This document shows positions 20,155-28,915 of a DNA stretch of 64,000 nucleotides, one piece after another. The DNA comes from Spirochaetia bacterium. GTDB lineage: Bacteria > Spirochaetota > Spirochaetia > DSM-2461. A model generated the notes under the pieces. It did not search any database, had not been told where the DNA came from, and saw only the letters and a program-made list of their open reading frames with translations. How positions within the stretch are numbered: position 1 is the first letter of the stretch; every line of letters begins with the position of its first letter. Made by a program: the position numbers and the translations under genes. The stretch spans positions 2,560,001-2,624,000 of the forward strand of contig OY764216.1 of assembly GCA_963668315.1 (NCBI GenBank), written 5' to 3'.

Positions 20155-21924
20155 CTAAGAATCCCCGTACTGGTCGTATATTTTTTTTATCTCTTTCAGA
20201 GATTCAAGAAAACATCTGTAAACCTTCGGGTCGAACTGTTCCAGCATGGATTTCTCTATGATATCCAGAGCCTGTTCTATGCTGAAAGCCTCCTTATAGG
20301 GTCTGTGGGACGTCAGGGCATCAAACACGTCCGCCATGGAAACTATCCGTCCCGCCAGTGGAATCTCTTCTCCCTTGAGGCCCCGGGGGTAACCGGTGCC
20401 GTCATATTTTTCATGATGGCCGCTGATGATCTCGACGGCCGTGTTAAGGGCGGGAATGGAGAAAGAGCGGGACATACGCCGGTTTATCTCTTCAATCACT
20501 TTTTCACCGATGGTAACATGGCCCTTCATCACGTCCATCTCCTCCCGGGTCAGGGAGCCTTCCTTGAGGAGTATGTTATCCGGTATTCCCACCTTGCCTA
20601 TATCATGCAGGGGAGAGTACCAGAAAATTTCCCGGATGAATTTCGGGGTCTGTCTTTCATAGAGTTCGCTGTATTTCTTGGCAATGATATAGGAATAACG
20701 GGACATCCGGCTGATATGCTGGGCTGTCTCATTATCCTTTCTATTCATCAGCGTCACGAATGACTGGGACGTATCGGCAATAACGTTCTGAAGAATGTAT
20801 TCGATATAAAGTTTCTGTTTGAGCAGATCTATGATCCTCTTGGCGTAGGTGGCCTGTTCTTCATTATAGGCAGTCAACTCGCGGCTGGAGAAAAATACGA
20901 AACCGATGCATCTGCTCTGAAAAAACATGGGAATGGTTATGCTGGAGCGCAGCCCTTCGCGCAGAACAAGTTCTGTGGAGATGCTTTCTTTCCTGCTGCG
21001 GTAATACTCGGGAAGATCGTTGATGATGCGGAAACTCTGAGAGGCGGCCACAGCTCCCAGGGATGTCTTATCAAGGGAGAGGGTAAACCCCTGTTCCAGA
21101 TGGACGTTGTTGTACGCCGAATAAAAAGTTTCCGCGATGACATTTCTGTCTTCATTCAGGAATGCCAGAGCAACCCTGTCGCAGGGCATTCGTACGGAAA
21201 CAAGGGAGTAGACATACTCTATGATGTCGTCCAGACTTCCGAATACCGACAAATCACGAATCCGTTTATTGAATTCGATGCTCCGGTTAATTTCAAGAAT
21301 GTAGTTGAAGAAGTGCTGCGACTCCTTTATCGGCGAGCGGTAGTCCATCTCCGGGCTCTGATTGCGGAGAATATGATCTATGTCTACCAGCCCCATCCTT
21401 ATGTCATCCATGAAGCGGAGATTATTCCTCCGCCACCGTATATGTTCCCACATGTTGAAAATGGAAAACAGGGCAGAGAGAATGAGTTCTGCCCATATTA
21501 TCTGAAAGGTCTTCGTCCTGAAACTGATCATATTCTTTCGTAAAGTGATGACAAAGAGAGCCACCTCGTCGTAATAGGCTTGCAGTTCCTCTCTGTTTTC
21601 ATATAAGGGCATAGGAAACTCCTTATCCTTTATAAGAAAGTAGTACAGGTGATGAACATCCTTCGTAATATCATCTATGGTCTTCAGCACTTCCGTTCCC
21701 GGGTTATGTTTGAGATCTTCGTTGATCTGCGCATTCAGGAGAACGATGAGGTGATTTACCTTATAGGTGACACTCCGACTCTGGTCCTCCATTCTGTTAT
21801 AGAAATAGCTGGAAAAATATATGAGAATGACAGCTATCAGAATGACAATGAAATTCAGAAAAGAGAAGAGAAAAAGACGTTTAGTACCTTTTTTTATACT
21901 GATATTTTGAGTTTTGAAATTCAT
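20155..21924 (-). CDS. Membrane-bound GAF + HD-GYP protein (putative cyclic-di-GMP phosphodiesterase)
   Basis: Two TM segments, a GAF region (LRSSITIPM), then HISRM, LHDIGK, HHEKYDGTGYP and ADVFDALTSHRPYK. Confidence 0.92.
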   Translation of the reverse strand: MNFKTQNISIKKGTKRLFLFSFLNFIVILIAVILIYFSSYFYNRMEDQSRSVTYKVNHLIVLLNAQINEDLKHNPGTEVLKTIDDITKDVHHLYYFLIKDKEFPMPLYENREELQAYYDEVALFVITLRKNMISFRTKTFQIIWAELILSALFSIFNMWEHIRWRRNNLRFMDDIRMGLVDIDHILRNQSPEMDYRSPIKESQHFFNYILEINRSIEFNKRIRDLSVFGSLDDIIEYVYSLVSVRMPCDRVALAFLNEDRNVIAETFYSAYNNVHLEQGFTLSLDKTSLGAVAASQSFRIINDLPEYYRSRKESISTELVLREGLRSSITIPMFFQSRCIGFVFFSSRELTAYNEEQATYAKRIIDLLKQKLYIEYILQNVIADTSQSFVTLMNRKDNETAQHISRMSRYSYIIAKKYSELYERQTPKFIREIFWYSPLHDIGKVGIPDNILLKEGSLTREEMDVMKGHVTIGEKVIEEINRRMSRSFSIPALNTAVEIISGHHEKYDGTGYPRGLKGEEIPLAGRIVSMADVFDALTSHRPYKEAFSIEQALDIIEKSMLEQFDPKVYRCFLESLKEIKKIYDQYGDS

Positions 21925-21958
21925 TTATAAACCACTTTCTATAGGGGAAGTGTTACTT

Positions 21959-22972
21959 TTAAACCTGTCTTTTCAGATAGCTGGAAAAGGCTTCCACCTT
22001 TGTTTCTACCAGACCTCTGGCTTCTGCAGAGGATATGAACAGCTTGAACTTGGCAAAACCCAGATCCCGGGTATTCACTTTTTTCTCTTTCAGCCTGGAG
22101 GAGAGAACGGAATAGCGGTGGAAATCGGGAGCTCCTCCGTTATCAAGCTCGGTGAGCGTTTCAATGAGTATGCGGAAAGCTCCCTGGAGAGATCCCTTAT
22201 CCCTGTTTTTCTCATAACCCGTACCGGGAAGGATTTCCGTTCCCTTTTCATACTCATGCATGGTCACGTAACCCGCTTTGACCGCGGCGGCGATAAAGTT
22301 GCTCCACTGGCGGAATCCGAGCTTTTTCTCGTCAAATCCCCGGTTGAGGATCTTCATCTGTACTTTGACGGTTCCCATGTTACAGGTCTTCTGCTCCCGG
22401 TGAAGCTGGGCGGCCGATTCGGCGAGCCTTTCATACCAGTACTCTCTGTTGTTGTTGATGCGGGTGTCGCTGGCGTTATTCTGTTCGTCCTCGGAGGAAT
22501 CGTCATCATCGTCGTCCGGTCTCAGTTCCCGGTAATCCTTGAAACTGTCGGCCTGTTCGAGAAGATCCTTGGCGGCGGTCTTGAAATCGCAGACAATATG
22601 GATCTCCTTACCCGATTTCCTGAGAGACCGGAGGAGGGGACGGAAATCGCTGTCTCCGGTTATCAGAATGAAAGTGTCTATATGCTGATAAAACCGCAGA
22701 AGATCGAAGGCGTCCGATACAAGCTGCATATCGGAACCGTTTTTATTGCTTCTTACCTTTTTATAGGGTACGTGAAGCATAAAAAAGTTATAAGTAGCCA
22801 GAATGGGACCGAGGGAACGGAATCCGGGCTTGCTCCAGTCGGCGTAGGCGTAAGAGGTGACGACTCTGCCCAGTGATTCGGCATAATCCATAAGGGACTG
22901 AACAAAGAGATTATCAGTGCTGCCCGGTGTAACGTTTTCTATATCCCATAAAATTGCAATATTCTTATCCAT
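21959..22972 (-). CDS. NYN (LabA/DUF88) domain protein with two C-terminal OST-HTH/LOTUS-like repeats
   Basis: WDIENV, KNGSDMQL and TGDSDFRPL. Repeats FDEKKLGFRQWSNFI and VNTRDLGFAKFKLFI. Confidence 0.9.
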   Translation of the reverse strand: MDKNIAILWDIENVTPGSTDNLFVQSLMDYAESLGRVVTSYAYADWSKPGFRSLGPILATYNFFMLHVPYKKVRSNKNGSDMQLVSDAFDLLRFYQHIDTFILITGDSDFRPLLRSLRKSGKEIHIVCDFKTAAKDLLEQADSFKDYRELRPDDDDDDSSEDEQNNASDTRINNNREYWYERLAESAAQLHREQKTCNMGTVKVQMKILNRGFDEKKLGFRQWSNFIAAAVKAGYVTMHEYEKGTEILPGTGYEKNRDKGSLQGAFRILIETLTELDNGGAPDFHRYSVLSSRLKEKKVNTRDLGFAKFKLFISSAEARGLVETKVEAFSSYLKRQV

Positions 22973-22978
22973 AAAAAT

Positions 22979-23050
22979 ACTATAGTCTTTTAAGTGACAA
23001 CAATCAACTATTTACCTGTGCTTGTCAAAGAAAGAGGGGGCGTATATAGT
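22979..23050. promoter_or_regulatory. Divergent sigma-70 promoters, each placed to give a leaderless mRNA
   Basis: Minus strand: TTGATT-N17-TATAGT-N6-ATG(22972). Plus strand: TTGTCA(23022)-N17-TATAGT(23045)-N6-ATG(23057). Confidence 0.7.
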
Positions 23051-23056
23051 GGTTTC

Positions 23057-23998
23057 ATGTCCCGATTTTTTACCCGGCCTTTTTACAGAACCATCATCGC
23101 TCTTCTCTGCTGTGCGCTCTGGGGCAGCGCCTTTCCCGCCCTGAAGATAGGCTACGGGGAGTTCCAGCTGGCCCCCGATGACAGGGGAGGGCTTATCCTG
23201 ATGGCGGGCTGCCGCTTTCTGACGGCCTCTCTGCTGCTTCTTGCCTTCGGAAGGGTCATGGCTTTCGGAAGAAAAAGGGAAGAACGGACCCCACTGGGGC
23301 CCTCTCTCTGGGGCGCCCTGTTCCTCATTGGTCTCACCCAGACAACCTTCCAGTATTTCTTCTTCTATTCCGGTGTGGCGATCACTCCCGGAACGGTCGC
23401 TTCGGTGGTCAACTCCTCCCGCGTCTTCTTTATACTGATTCTGGCGCACCTGTTTTTTCATGACGACCGCATCAACCTCAGAAAGGCCCTGGGGGTCATC
23501 CTGGGCATGGGGGGAATATTCATGGCCAACAGGGGAGCAGGGGGCAGCGGTTTTCTGACGACAGGAGTTCTTTTCATACTGGCCGCCGCCCTGTCCGGAT
23601 CGGCCGGAGGGATAATGGTGAAAAAAGTTTCCGGCCGGGTCTCTCCCTATTTCCTTACGGGAATTCAGCTTCTTTTCGGTTCCCTCCTTCTACTGCTTCT
23701 GACCCTGGCCGTTCCCCCCGATGCTCCCTTCGTGCTAACGGTCAAAGGGGTGGTTATCTTCTTCTACACGGCTTTTCTCTCGGCCGTGGCCTTTGTCCTC
23801 TGGAGTTATCTGCTTAAATACAACCGGGCCGGTGAGATCGGGGTCTACCTTTTTGCCATACCCCTTTTCGGAACGGTTTTCTCCGTCATCTTTCTTTCCG
23901 AACCCTTTACGGCCGACCTGGTTTTCTCCCTTCTTCTGGTAAGTGCGGGAATCATACTGGTAAATCTAAATTCTTCCCGCAGAAAGCCGAAAATATAA
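23057..23998 (+). CDS. DMT/EamA family transporter
   Basis: About 10 TM segments with LWGSAFPALKIGY. ATG 23057 is preferred because the promoter overlaps the longer 22994 ORF start. Confidence 0.9.
   Translation: MSRFFTRPFYRTIIALLCCALWGSAFPALKIGYGEFQLAPDDRGGLILMAGCRFLTASLLLLAFGRVMAFGRKREERTPLGPSLWGALFLIGLTQTTFQYFFFYSGVAITPGTVASVVNSSRVFFILILAHLFFHDDRINLRKALGVILGMGGIFMANRGAGGSGFLTTGVLFILAAALSGSAGGIMVKKVSGRVSPYFLTGIQLLFGSLLLLLLTLAVPPDAPFVLTVKGVVIFFYTAFLSAVAFVLWSYLLKYNRAGEIGVYLFAIPLFGTVFSVIFLSEPFTADLVFSLLLVSAGIILVNLNSSRRKPKI
23967..23993 (+). promoter_or_regulatory. Putative sigma-28 (FliA) promoter
   Basis: TAAA-N15-GCCGAAAA against consensus TAAA-N15-GCCGATAA. Ends 43 nt before ATG 24037. Confidence 0.7.
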
Positions 23999-24036
23999 CC
24001 ATAGGGGGGGCGATTCCCCGCCTGCGGGAGATATTA

Positions 24037-25653
24037 ATGGGCTTAGAAAAACTGGAATCGATCAAAGGAAAATCCCTGGCCGTTGCCTCGGGAAAGGGCG
24101 GTGTCGGAAAAACCATGACCAGCACCAACCTGGCGATCTATCTGGCGCAGAAAGGGCACCGGGTAGGATTGATCGATGCCGATCCCCTGTCGGACATTAC
24201 CACTCTGCTGGACGTACAGGAAAAGGAGAGCCGCCTCCCCCCCCTTGACAGGCTGGCTACACTCGATGACGGCGTCATCAGTATTATCCACAATCTCGAC
24301 CTGATCTTTCCCCAGTCCAAGAAGGGGCCGGAGGATGTCTCCCTCCTGCTGGGGAAGCTCTATGATGATTTTGCCGAAGAAGTGGATAAGCGTTACGATT
24401 TCCTCCTCTTCGACATGCCTGCCGGGGTTCATGACAGGGACAGCATGGAATACCTGGACAGGATGAATCAGATCCTCATTGTCACCAATCCGGAGCCCAC
24501 CGCCCATGTCTCCGCCGGAGGCTATATGAAAAAGGCCCGGGACAGCAAGAACCGCCGGGAATTTCTCATCTGGCACAATAAATACACAGAAGCGGCGGAC
24601 ACGGGCTTCAATCCCACCGATGTGGTGGGGAACTACAATAGAAACGTTCCCGAAGAGGACAGGCTGGAGCAGATAAGGACAATAGATGTGGCGCGCATAC
24701 TTCCCGATCCCACTCTGGACCTTCTGCGGAGCGATCCCTCCATCCGCCTGAATATCCTCAGAAATATCATCGATAATCTCCAGGTCATGCTGGAACTGAG
24801 TCTGCCCATCCCCCCGGCGAAAAGTGTCGTCGGAGCCAAGGGGTACCGGGTCATACGCTACTATATCAAAAAGCATCCCCAGATCAAGGAGCCCGGCTCC
24901 TATGTGGACGATCTGGAATCCTATCTGTTCTCCCTCATGGGAAAAGCGGCGGGGGGAAATTTCTTCCAGAAAGAGCAGAGGGAGGAGGTTCTCGCCTATA
25001 TCGGAAGAATCCAGGAAACTCCCCTCCGCAGGGAGATGGTCAGCGCCTACCGGATGATCATGGCCAGGCTTGCAGAGCTGGAAAACGCGGAACGGCTGTT
25101 TTCCTCCGGAGCCGAGAACAGTCTGGGCGATGCTTTCCATTATGTGGACAGAATTCTTGTCCAGTTCCTCTCGGCCTGCGCCCGGGATATCGACAGAATG
25201 CCCCTTCTGAAGAACATGGCGGCCATGCTTCTTTTTAATTTCACCCTTCTGAAGCTCTTCCAGTCCGAGACGGTCCATAAGCTTGTCATGGATTTTATCC
25301 CCATGCGTTCCGACGGTCGGGGCCAGCAGGTCAGGGACCGGCACCGTCAGATCATTAATCTGGTTCGGAACGATTCGGTTTACAAGAGAAAGTATCTCGA
25401 ACTGGTTAAAATGCTGAGACCCGTCATGGAGAGGCAGCTGGCCCAGATAGTCACGGCTTTCGGCTTAAAATCCCTGCTCTTTATGGAGAGTCACGGGAAG
25501 GTGAACCGTTCGGCCTATATCAAGCTGTTCAGCAATTTTCTCCATGAGACCATATACAGCGGGCTGGGCGTCACCGTGGGATTCAAATACCGTCCGGTTT
25601 CCGTTTCTTTCAGAAAGGGCGCCGATTTCATAATACACCACATGAACCGTTAA
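24037..25653 (+). CDS. MinD/FlhG-like ATPase with long unknown C-terminal extension
   Basis: ASGKGGVGKT, IDAD, DMPAG and VTNPEPTA in the first ~200 aa. The remaining ~300 aa are unrecognised. Confidence 0.8.
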   Translation: MGLEKLESIKGKSLAVASGKGGVGKTMTSTNLAIYLAQKGHRVGLIDADPLSDITTLLDVQEKESRLPPLDRLATLDDGVISIIHNLDLIFPQSKKGPEDVSLLLGKLYDDFAEEVDKRYDFLLFDMPAGVHDRDSMEYLDRMNQILIVTNPEPTAHVSAGGYMKKARDSKNRREFLIWHNKYTEAADTGFNPTDVVGNYNRNVPEEDRLEQIRTIDVARILPDPTLDLLRSDPSIRLNILRNIIDNLQVMLELSLPIPPAKSVVGAKGYRVIRYYIKKHPQIKEPGSYVDDLESYLFSLMGKAAGGNFFQKEQREEVLAYIGRIQETPLRREMVSAYRMIMARLAELENAERLFSSGAENSLGDAFHYVDRILVQFLSACARDIDRMPLLKNMAAMLLFNFTLLKLFQSETVHKLVMDFIPMRSDGRGQQVRDRHRQIINLVRNDSVYKRKYLELVKMLRPVMERQLAQIVTAFGLKSLLFMESHGKVNRSAYIKLFSNFLHETIYSGLGVTVGFKYRPVSVSFRKGADFIIHHMNR

Positions 25654-25665
25654 GGAGGCCTGAAA

Positions 25666-25989
25666 ATGGCAGTAGGAACAAAAAAACGTTACTCCCTCCA
25701 GGGAGCCCTTACCAATTCCACCTGGATTGAGAGCAATATGGCCGTGGGGGAGATTTTCGACCATCTGACCCAGTTCTATTCCCTGGTTTACGAGGGAATG
25801 TCGCCCGTATCCCCGGAGTTCACCGATTTCGGCTTTGATCATATAGAGCTGATCATCTCAGAGGAGTACAAGAGGCAGCTGAGCGACGCCATGGTAGAGA
25901 CAAAGCGTCTGGTGGATAATTACATGTTAAAAGCCGGCTTCCCCTGTGTTATGGAGTTTTTCGGAGGTACCTCGCCTCAATCTGCCTGA
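25666..25989 (+). CDS. Hypothetical protein
   Basis: Strong RBS AAGGAGG directly after the upstream stop. The 3' end overlaps the convergent trmH-like gene by 41 nt. Confidence 0.7.
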   Translation: MAVGTKKRYSLQGALTNSTWIESNMAVGEIFDHLTQFYSLVYEGMSPVSPEFTDFGFDHIELIISEEYKRQLSDAMVETKRLVDNYMLKAGFPCVMEFFGGTSPQSA

Positions 25990-26632
25990 CGTTTTTTATG
26001 GATTTGCGGAGCCAGGAGAGATAGAGGTCTCTCTTCTCCTCATCTCCCAGGCGCCAGTCCGTTTCCAGTTTCTCCAGCTTGTTCCGCAGGGTATACAGAA
26101 TAATGGCGCACGATGCGGAGATATTGAAGCTTTCCACAAAACCCACCATGGGAATCTTGAGAAACTCATCGGCCTCTTCTTTGACCAGATCGCTGATTCC
26201 GTGCATTTCCGTGCCGAATACAATGGCCGCCTTTCCCCGGGAAAGATCCGTCTCATCCAGTTCATACCCTCCCGGATGGGGGGAGGTGGCGATAATGCGG
26301 TATCCCCGTTCCTTAAGGGAGCGAAGGGCCGCCACCGTGTTGTTCTCTTCTTTGTTATAGCGGTTGATCGTCAGCCACTGGGCCGTTCCCAGGTCTACGT
26401 CGGCATTGGTTTTCCAGTTGTTGCTGTTCTCGATAATATGGACATCCTGTATCCCCAGGGCGTCGCAGTGGCGCAGAACGGCGCTGGCGTTCATGGGCTG
26501 GAATATATTTTCCATTACCACCGTAAGCTGACGGGTCCGGTTGTCCAGCACCCGGGCCATTTTGTCTCTTCTGTTCTCTGTTACGAAGCCTTCCAGATAG
26601 GCTATGATCTCTTCCCTTTCATCTCTTTCCAT
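25949..26632 (-). CDS. TrmH/SpoU family RNA methyltransferase
   Basis: NASAVLRHCDALG, VFGTEMHGIS and IPMVGFVESFNIS. Confidence 0.93.
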   Translation of the reverse strand: MERDEREEIIAYLEGFVTENRRDKMARVLDNRTRQLTVVMENIFQPMNASAVLRHCDALGIQDVHIIENSNNWKTNADVDLGTAQWLTINRYNKEENNTVAALRSLKERGYRIIATSPHPGGYELDETDLSRGKAAIVFGTEMHGISDLVKEEADEFLKIPMVGFVESFNISASCAIILYTLRNKLEKLETDWRLGDEEKRDLYLSWLRKSIKNVRQIEARYLRKTP

Positions 26633-27835
26633 CTACTTCTTGAATTTCTCCAGTATATTTGTGACATTGGCGGCTGTACCGGCAATGAATTGGTTCAGTT
26701 CCTCCGGCGTTCGGGCCATGGATTCCTTGGGCCCGGGAAAATTCTCCGTGGCTTCGGCAAAATTGTTCCCGTTGATGAAGCCGGGGATGGCCGTGAAGGG
26801 CGTATAGTTCCCAAGCGGCCCCAGAAGAATATAGGCATCGCAAAATTCCTTCAGTTTATGGCTGTTCTTCGTTCCCAGTGAGCCGGGAGCTGCGGGCAAT
26901 TCCCCGAAGGGTGTTCCCTCTGTCAGAAAACCGAAGGAACGGTCAGAACCTTCGTATTTCTCCATAAAAGAATCCAGTACGCCGCCCAGGGGGTAATCGA
27001 TGCCGTATTTGGAATTCTTAACCGTCCAGGGGGCATGGATGAACAGAGTGCAGCTTGTGACGCCTTCCATCTGTCTGACAAGCCAGGCCGTCCTTTCCGT
27101 ATCATCGGGAAAGCCGTTTTCTATCATGTTTTCCCGGTAGGATTCCAACTGCAGAGTGGCCAGGGCGTTCTGAAAACCCGTATAGACAAGCCCTTTTCGG
27201 CCCGGTTCAATGATTTCCTTTTTAATGACCTCTGCCATATACGTATCGGGCACACCGGCGGCATAGACACGGTGGATGACGGCGGGATCTTCCGAGTCTT
27301 TACCCGTCTGTATCACCGACCAGTTCTGCCGGGGACTCAGGCCGATAAGGCGCAGCCCTTCGGCTTCATTAACGCTCCGGTTGATATTCCATACGGCTTT
27401 CATCATATCCAGGTATTCCCTGTATCCGTTCATCACAAGATTGTGAAAGAGGAGCTCTCTGGCAAGGGATTCGTCAAATTCGGGGGCGGAAAGGAGAGCG
27501 TCGATCTCTTCCTGGTCTTCGTAATTCAGAAAGAAAACACCCAGCCGGGTTACCCCCGCGTCTCCCATGTCGGGCAGAAGGCCCGTGACAAAAGCAGCTG
27601 TTTCATGATATTTACCCGGCTCACCTATGAAGGTTATCTGGTGATCCGTCAGAAGGGACATCAGAATCTCTTCGGGGGTCATATCGTGTTCAGAACGATA
27701 GTCGATCAGTCGTTCGATTGTCTGTTTGGAAGCTCCCGGTCTGTCCAGAGAGTTCCTTTTGAAAAAAGGAACAATGACAAACCCGATGATAAAAACTACC
27801 ATTACTATGGTAAAGGGCATATTTCTTTGTCTCAT
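26633..27835 (-). CDS. Membrane-anchored hypothetical protein, possibly ChaN/EreA-like fold
   Basis: N-terminal TM segment. ITFIGE...LLPDMGDAGVTRLG resembles the N-terminus of that superfamily. Abuts the trmH-like gene. Confidence 0.6.
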   Translation of the reverse strand: MRQRNMPFTIVMVVFIIGFVIVPFFKRNSLDRPGASKQTIERLIDYRSEHDMTPEEILMSLLTDHQITFIGEPGKYHETAAFVTGLLPDMGDAGVTRLGVFFLNYEDQEEIDALLSAPEFDESLARELLFHNLVMNGYREYLDMMKAVWNINRSVNEAEGLRLIGLSPRQNWSVIQTGKDSEDPAVIHRVYAAGVPDTYMAEVIKKEIIEPGRKGLVYTGFQNALATLQLESYRENMIENGFPDDTERTAWLVRQMEGVTSCTLFIHAPWTVKNSKYGIDYPLGGVLDSFMEKYEGSDRSFGFLTEGTPFGELPAAPGSLGTKNSHKLKEFCDAYILLGPLGNYTPFTAIPGFINGNNFAEATENFPGPKESMARTPEELNQFIAGTAANVTNILEKFKK

Positions 27836-27899
27836 ACCCGGAAAAGTATCCCTTATCTTGGGGAAACAGTCAAGGGAAGGATAAACAGCCTCTTACGGG

Positions 27900-28574
27900 T
27901 TAATAACCAGAATAGGCAGAGTCCCAGGGGATGGTGTAATCTATGCTATTTCCCAGCCTGTCCATAACTTCATCATCGTGGTAGAGAAGGGGCGCGGCGT
28001 CGGCCCGGTAGGATTTCCCGTCGTAGGTATAGCGGACAGCCTGATGATGGCGTGACTTGAGGGAGTAGGGCGTGCCGCCCCTCTTGTCGGTCATATCGAT
28101 AGAACCGTTGCAGCAGCAGAGGTAAACAGATTCGGGGGATTCCACTTTTACGAAAAAAGCCGTTCCCCTGATTCCTGCCGTCGACAGGGCTGTCGTAAGC
28201 GTAAAACCGCCGTCGTCCAGAAGGAGGGCATCAAGTTTTTCCAGGAGCAGGGCCATCTGCCCCTTCTCCAGTTGGATATTTCCCCTGCCGGAGCCGATGT
28301 CCAGCCGGGTAACCGTATCGGGACCGATGCGGAAAATATTTTTATCGGCAAAACGGATTTCGCAGAAACCGGCAGGACCAGTCGTCACAGAGGAACCGGC
28401 GGGGACATCCTGCCCCAGGGAAGCCGTTTCATTATTGATTTTTACCTCACCTTCGATATACACCGTCTTCATGATCACCTTCTCCGGGACAGCCGGGGAC
28501 GTGTCGCTTTTCCCTTCTGCCTGAAGGGACAGGGCGAAAATCGTCAGGAGCAGCAGGTAAAATCCTTTTGGCAC
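27900..28574 (-). CDS. Exported FecR-domain protein
   Basis: Signal peptide, then VTTGPAGFCEIRF...RIGPDT, LEKG and TAGIRGTAFFV. GTG start. Confidence 0.85.
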   Translation of the reverse strand: MPKGFYLLLLTIFALSLQAEGKSDTSPAVPEKVIMKTVYIEGEVKINNETASLGQDVPAGSSVTTGPAGFCEIRFADKNIFRIGPDTVTRLDIGSGRGNIQLEKGQMALLLEKLDALLLDDGGFTLTTALSTAGIRGTAFFVKVESPESVYLCCCNGSIDMTDKRGGTPYSLKSRHHQAVRYTYDGKSYRADAAPLLYHDDEVMDRLGNSIDYTIPWDSAYSGY

Positions 28575-28654
28575 TAGTTTTCTTCCTTATTCCATCCCTT
28601 GATAAGCATAAGTACAATCACGGAGAGCATAGACAAGGTCATCAGTAAAAACAT
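28574..28654 (-). CDS. Small 26-aa single-TM peptide (below the ORF-track cutoff)
   Basis: Translates MFLLMTLSMLSVIVLMLIKGWNKEEN*. Preceded by AAAAGGAAAGGATAAT. Its TAG overlaps the FecR-gene GTG (TAGTG). Confidence 0.65.
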   Translation of the reverse strand: MFLLMTLSMLSVIVLMLIKGWNKEEN

Positions 28655-28704
28655 ATTATCCTTTCCTTTTTACTTGATATCTTCTACTTTATCGGCCATA
28701 AATA

Positions 28705-28726
28705 TGGCAGGAATGTGGCAGGAATG
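28705..28726. repeat. Perfect 11-bp tandem repeat, candidate regulator binding site
   Basis: TGGCAGGAATG twice, in a divergent intergenic region. Confidence 0.7.
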
Positions 28727-28915
28727 ATTATTTTTTATGATTGTCCTGTGTTTTTTCTATAAACGGAACAGACCCTGAGGGTCTTTTCTCCTTCACCCGA
28801 TTAGGGAGATATCCCCGGCGAGAAGCAGCCGCTTCGGCACATTTTACCCGATCAGGACCGGGGGGCGCTGGAAATTTCATTCCGTGACGGATAGAATGGG
28901 GGCAGGAGAATACAT

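Noticed and set aside
19480..22972. More AT-rich stretch as a genomic island
   Set aside because: There is no integrase, transposase, tRNA or flanking direct repeat, and the shift looks mild by eye.
22994..23056. Longer ORF-track starts at 22994, 31434, 35284, 39631, 53912 and 59139
   Set aside because: They overlap predicted promoter boxes or lack an RBS. Downstream ATGs fit the promoter or RBS geometry and the family N-termini better.
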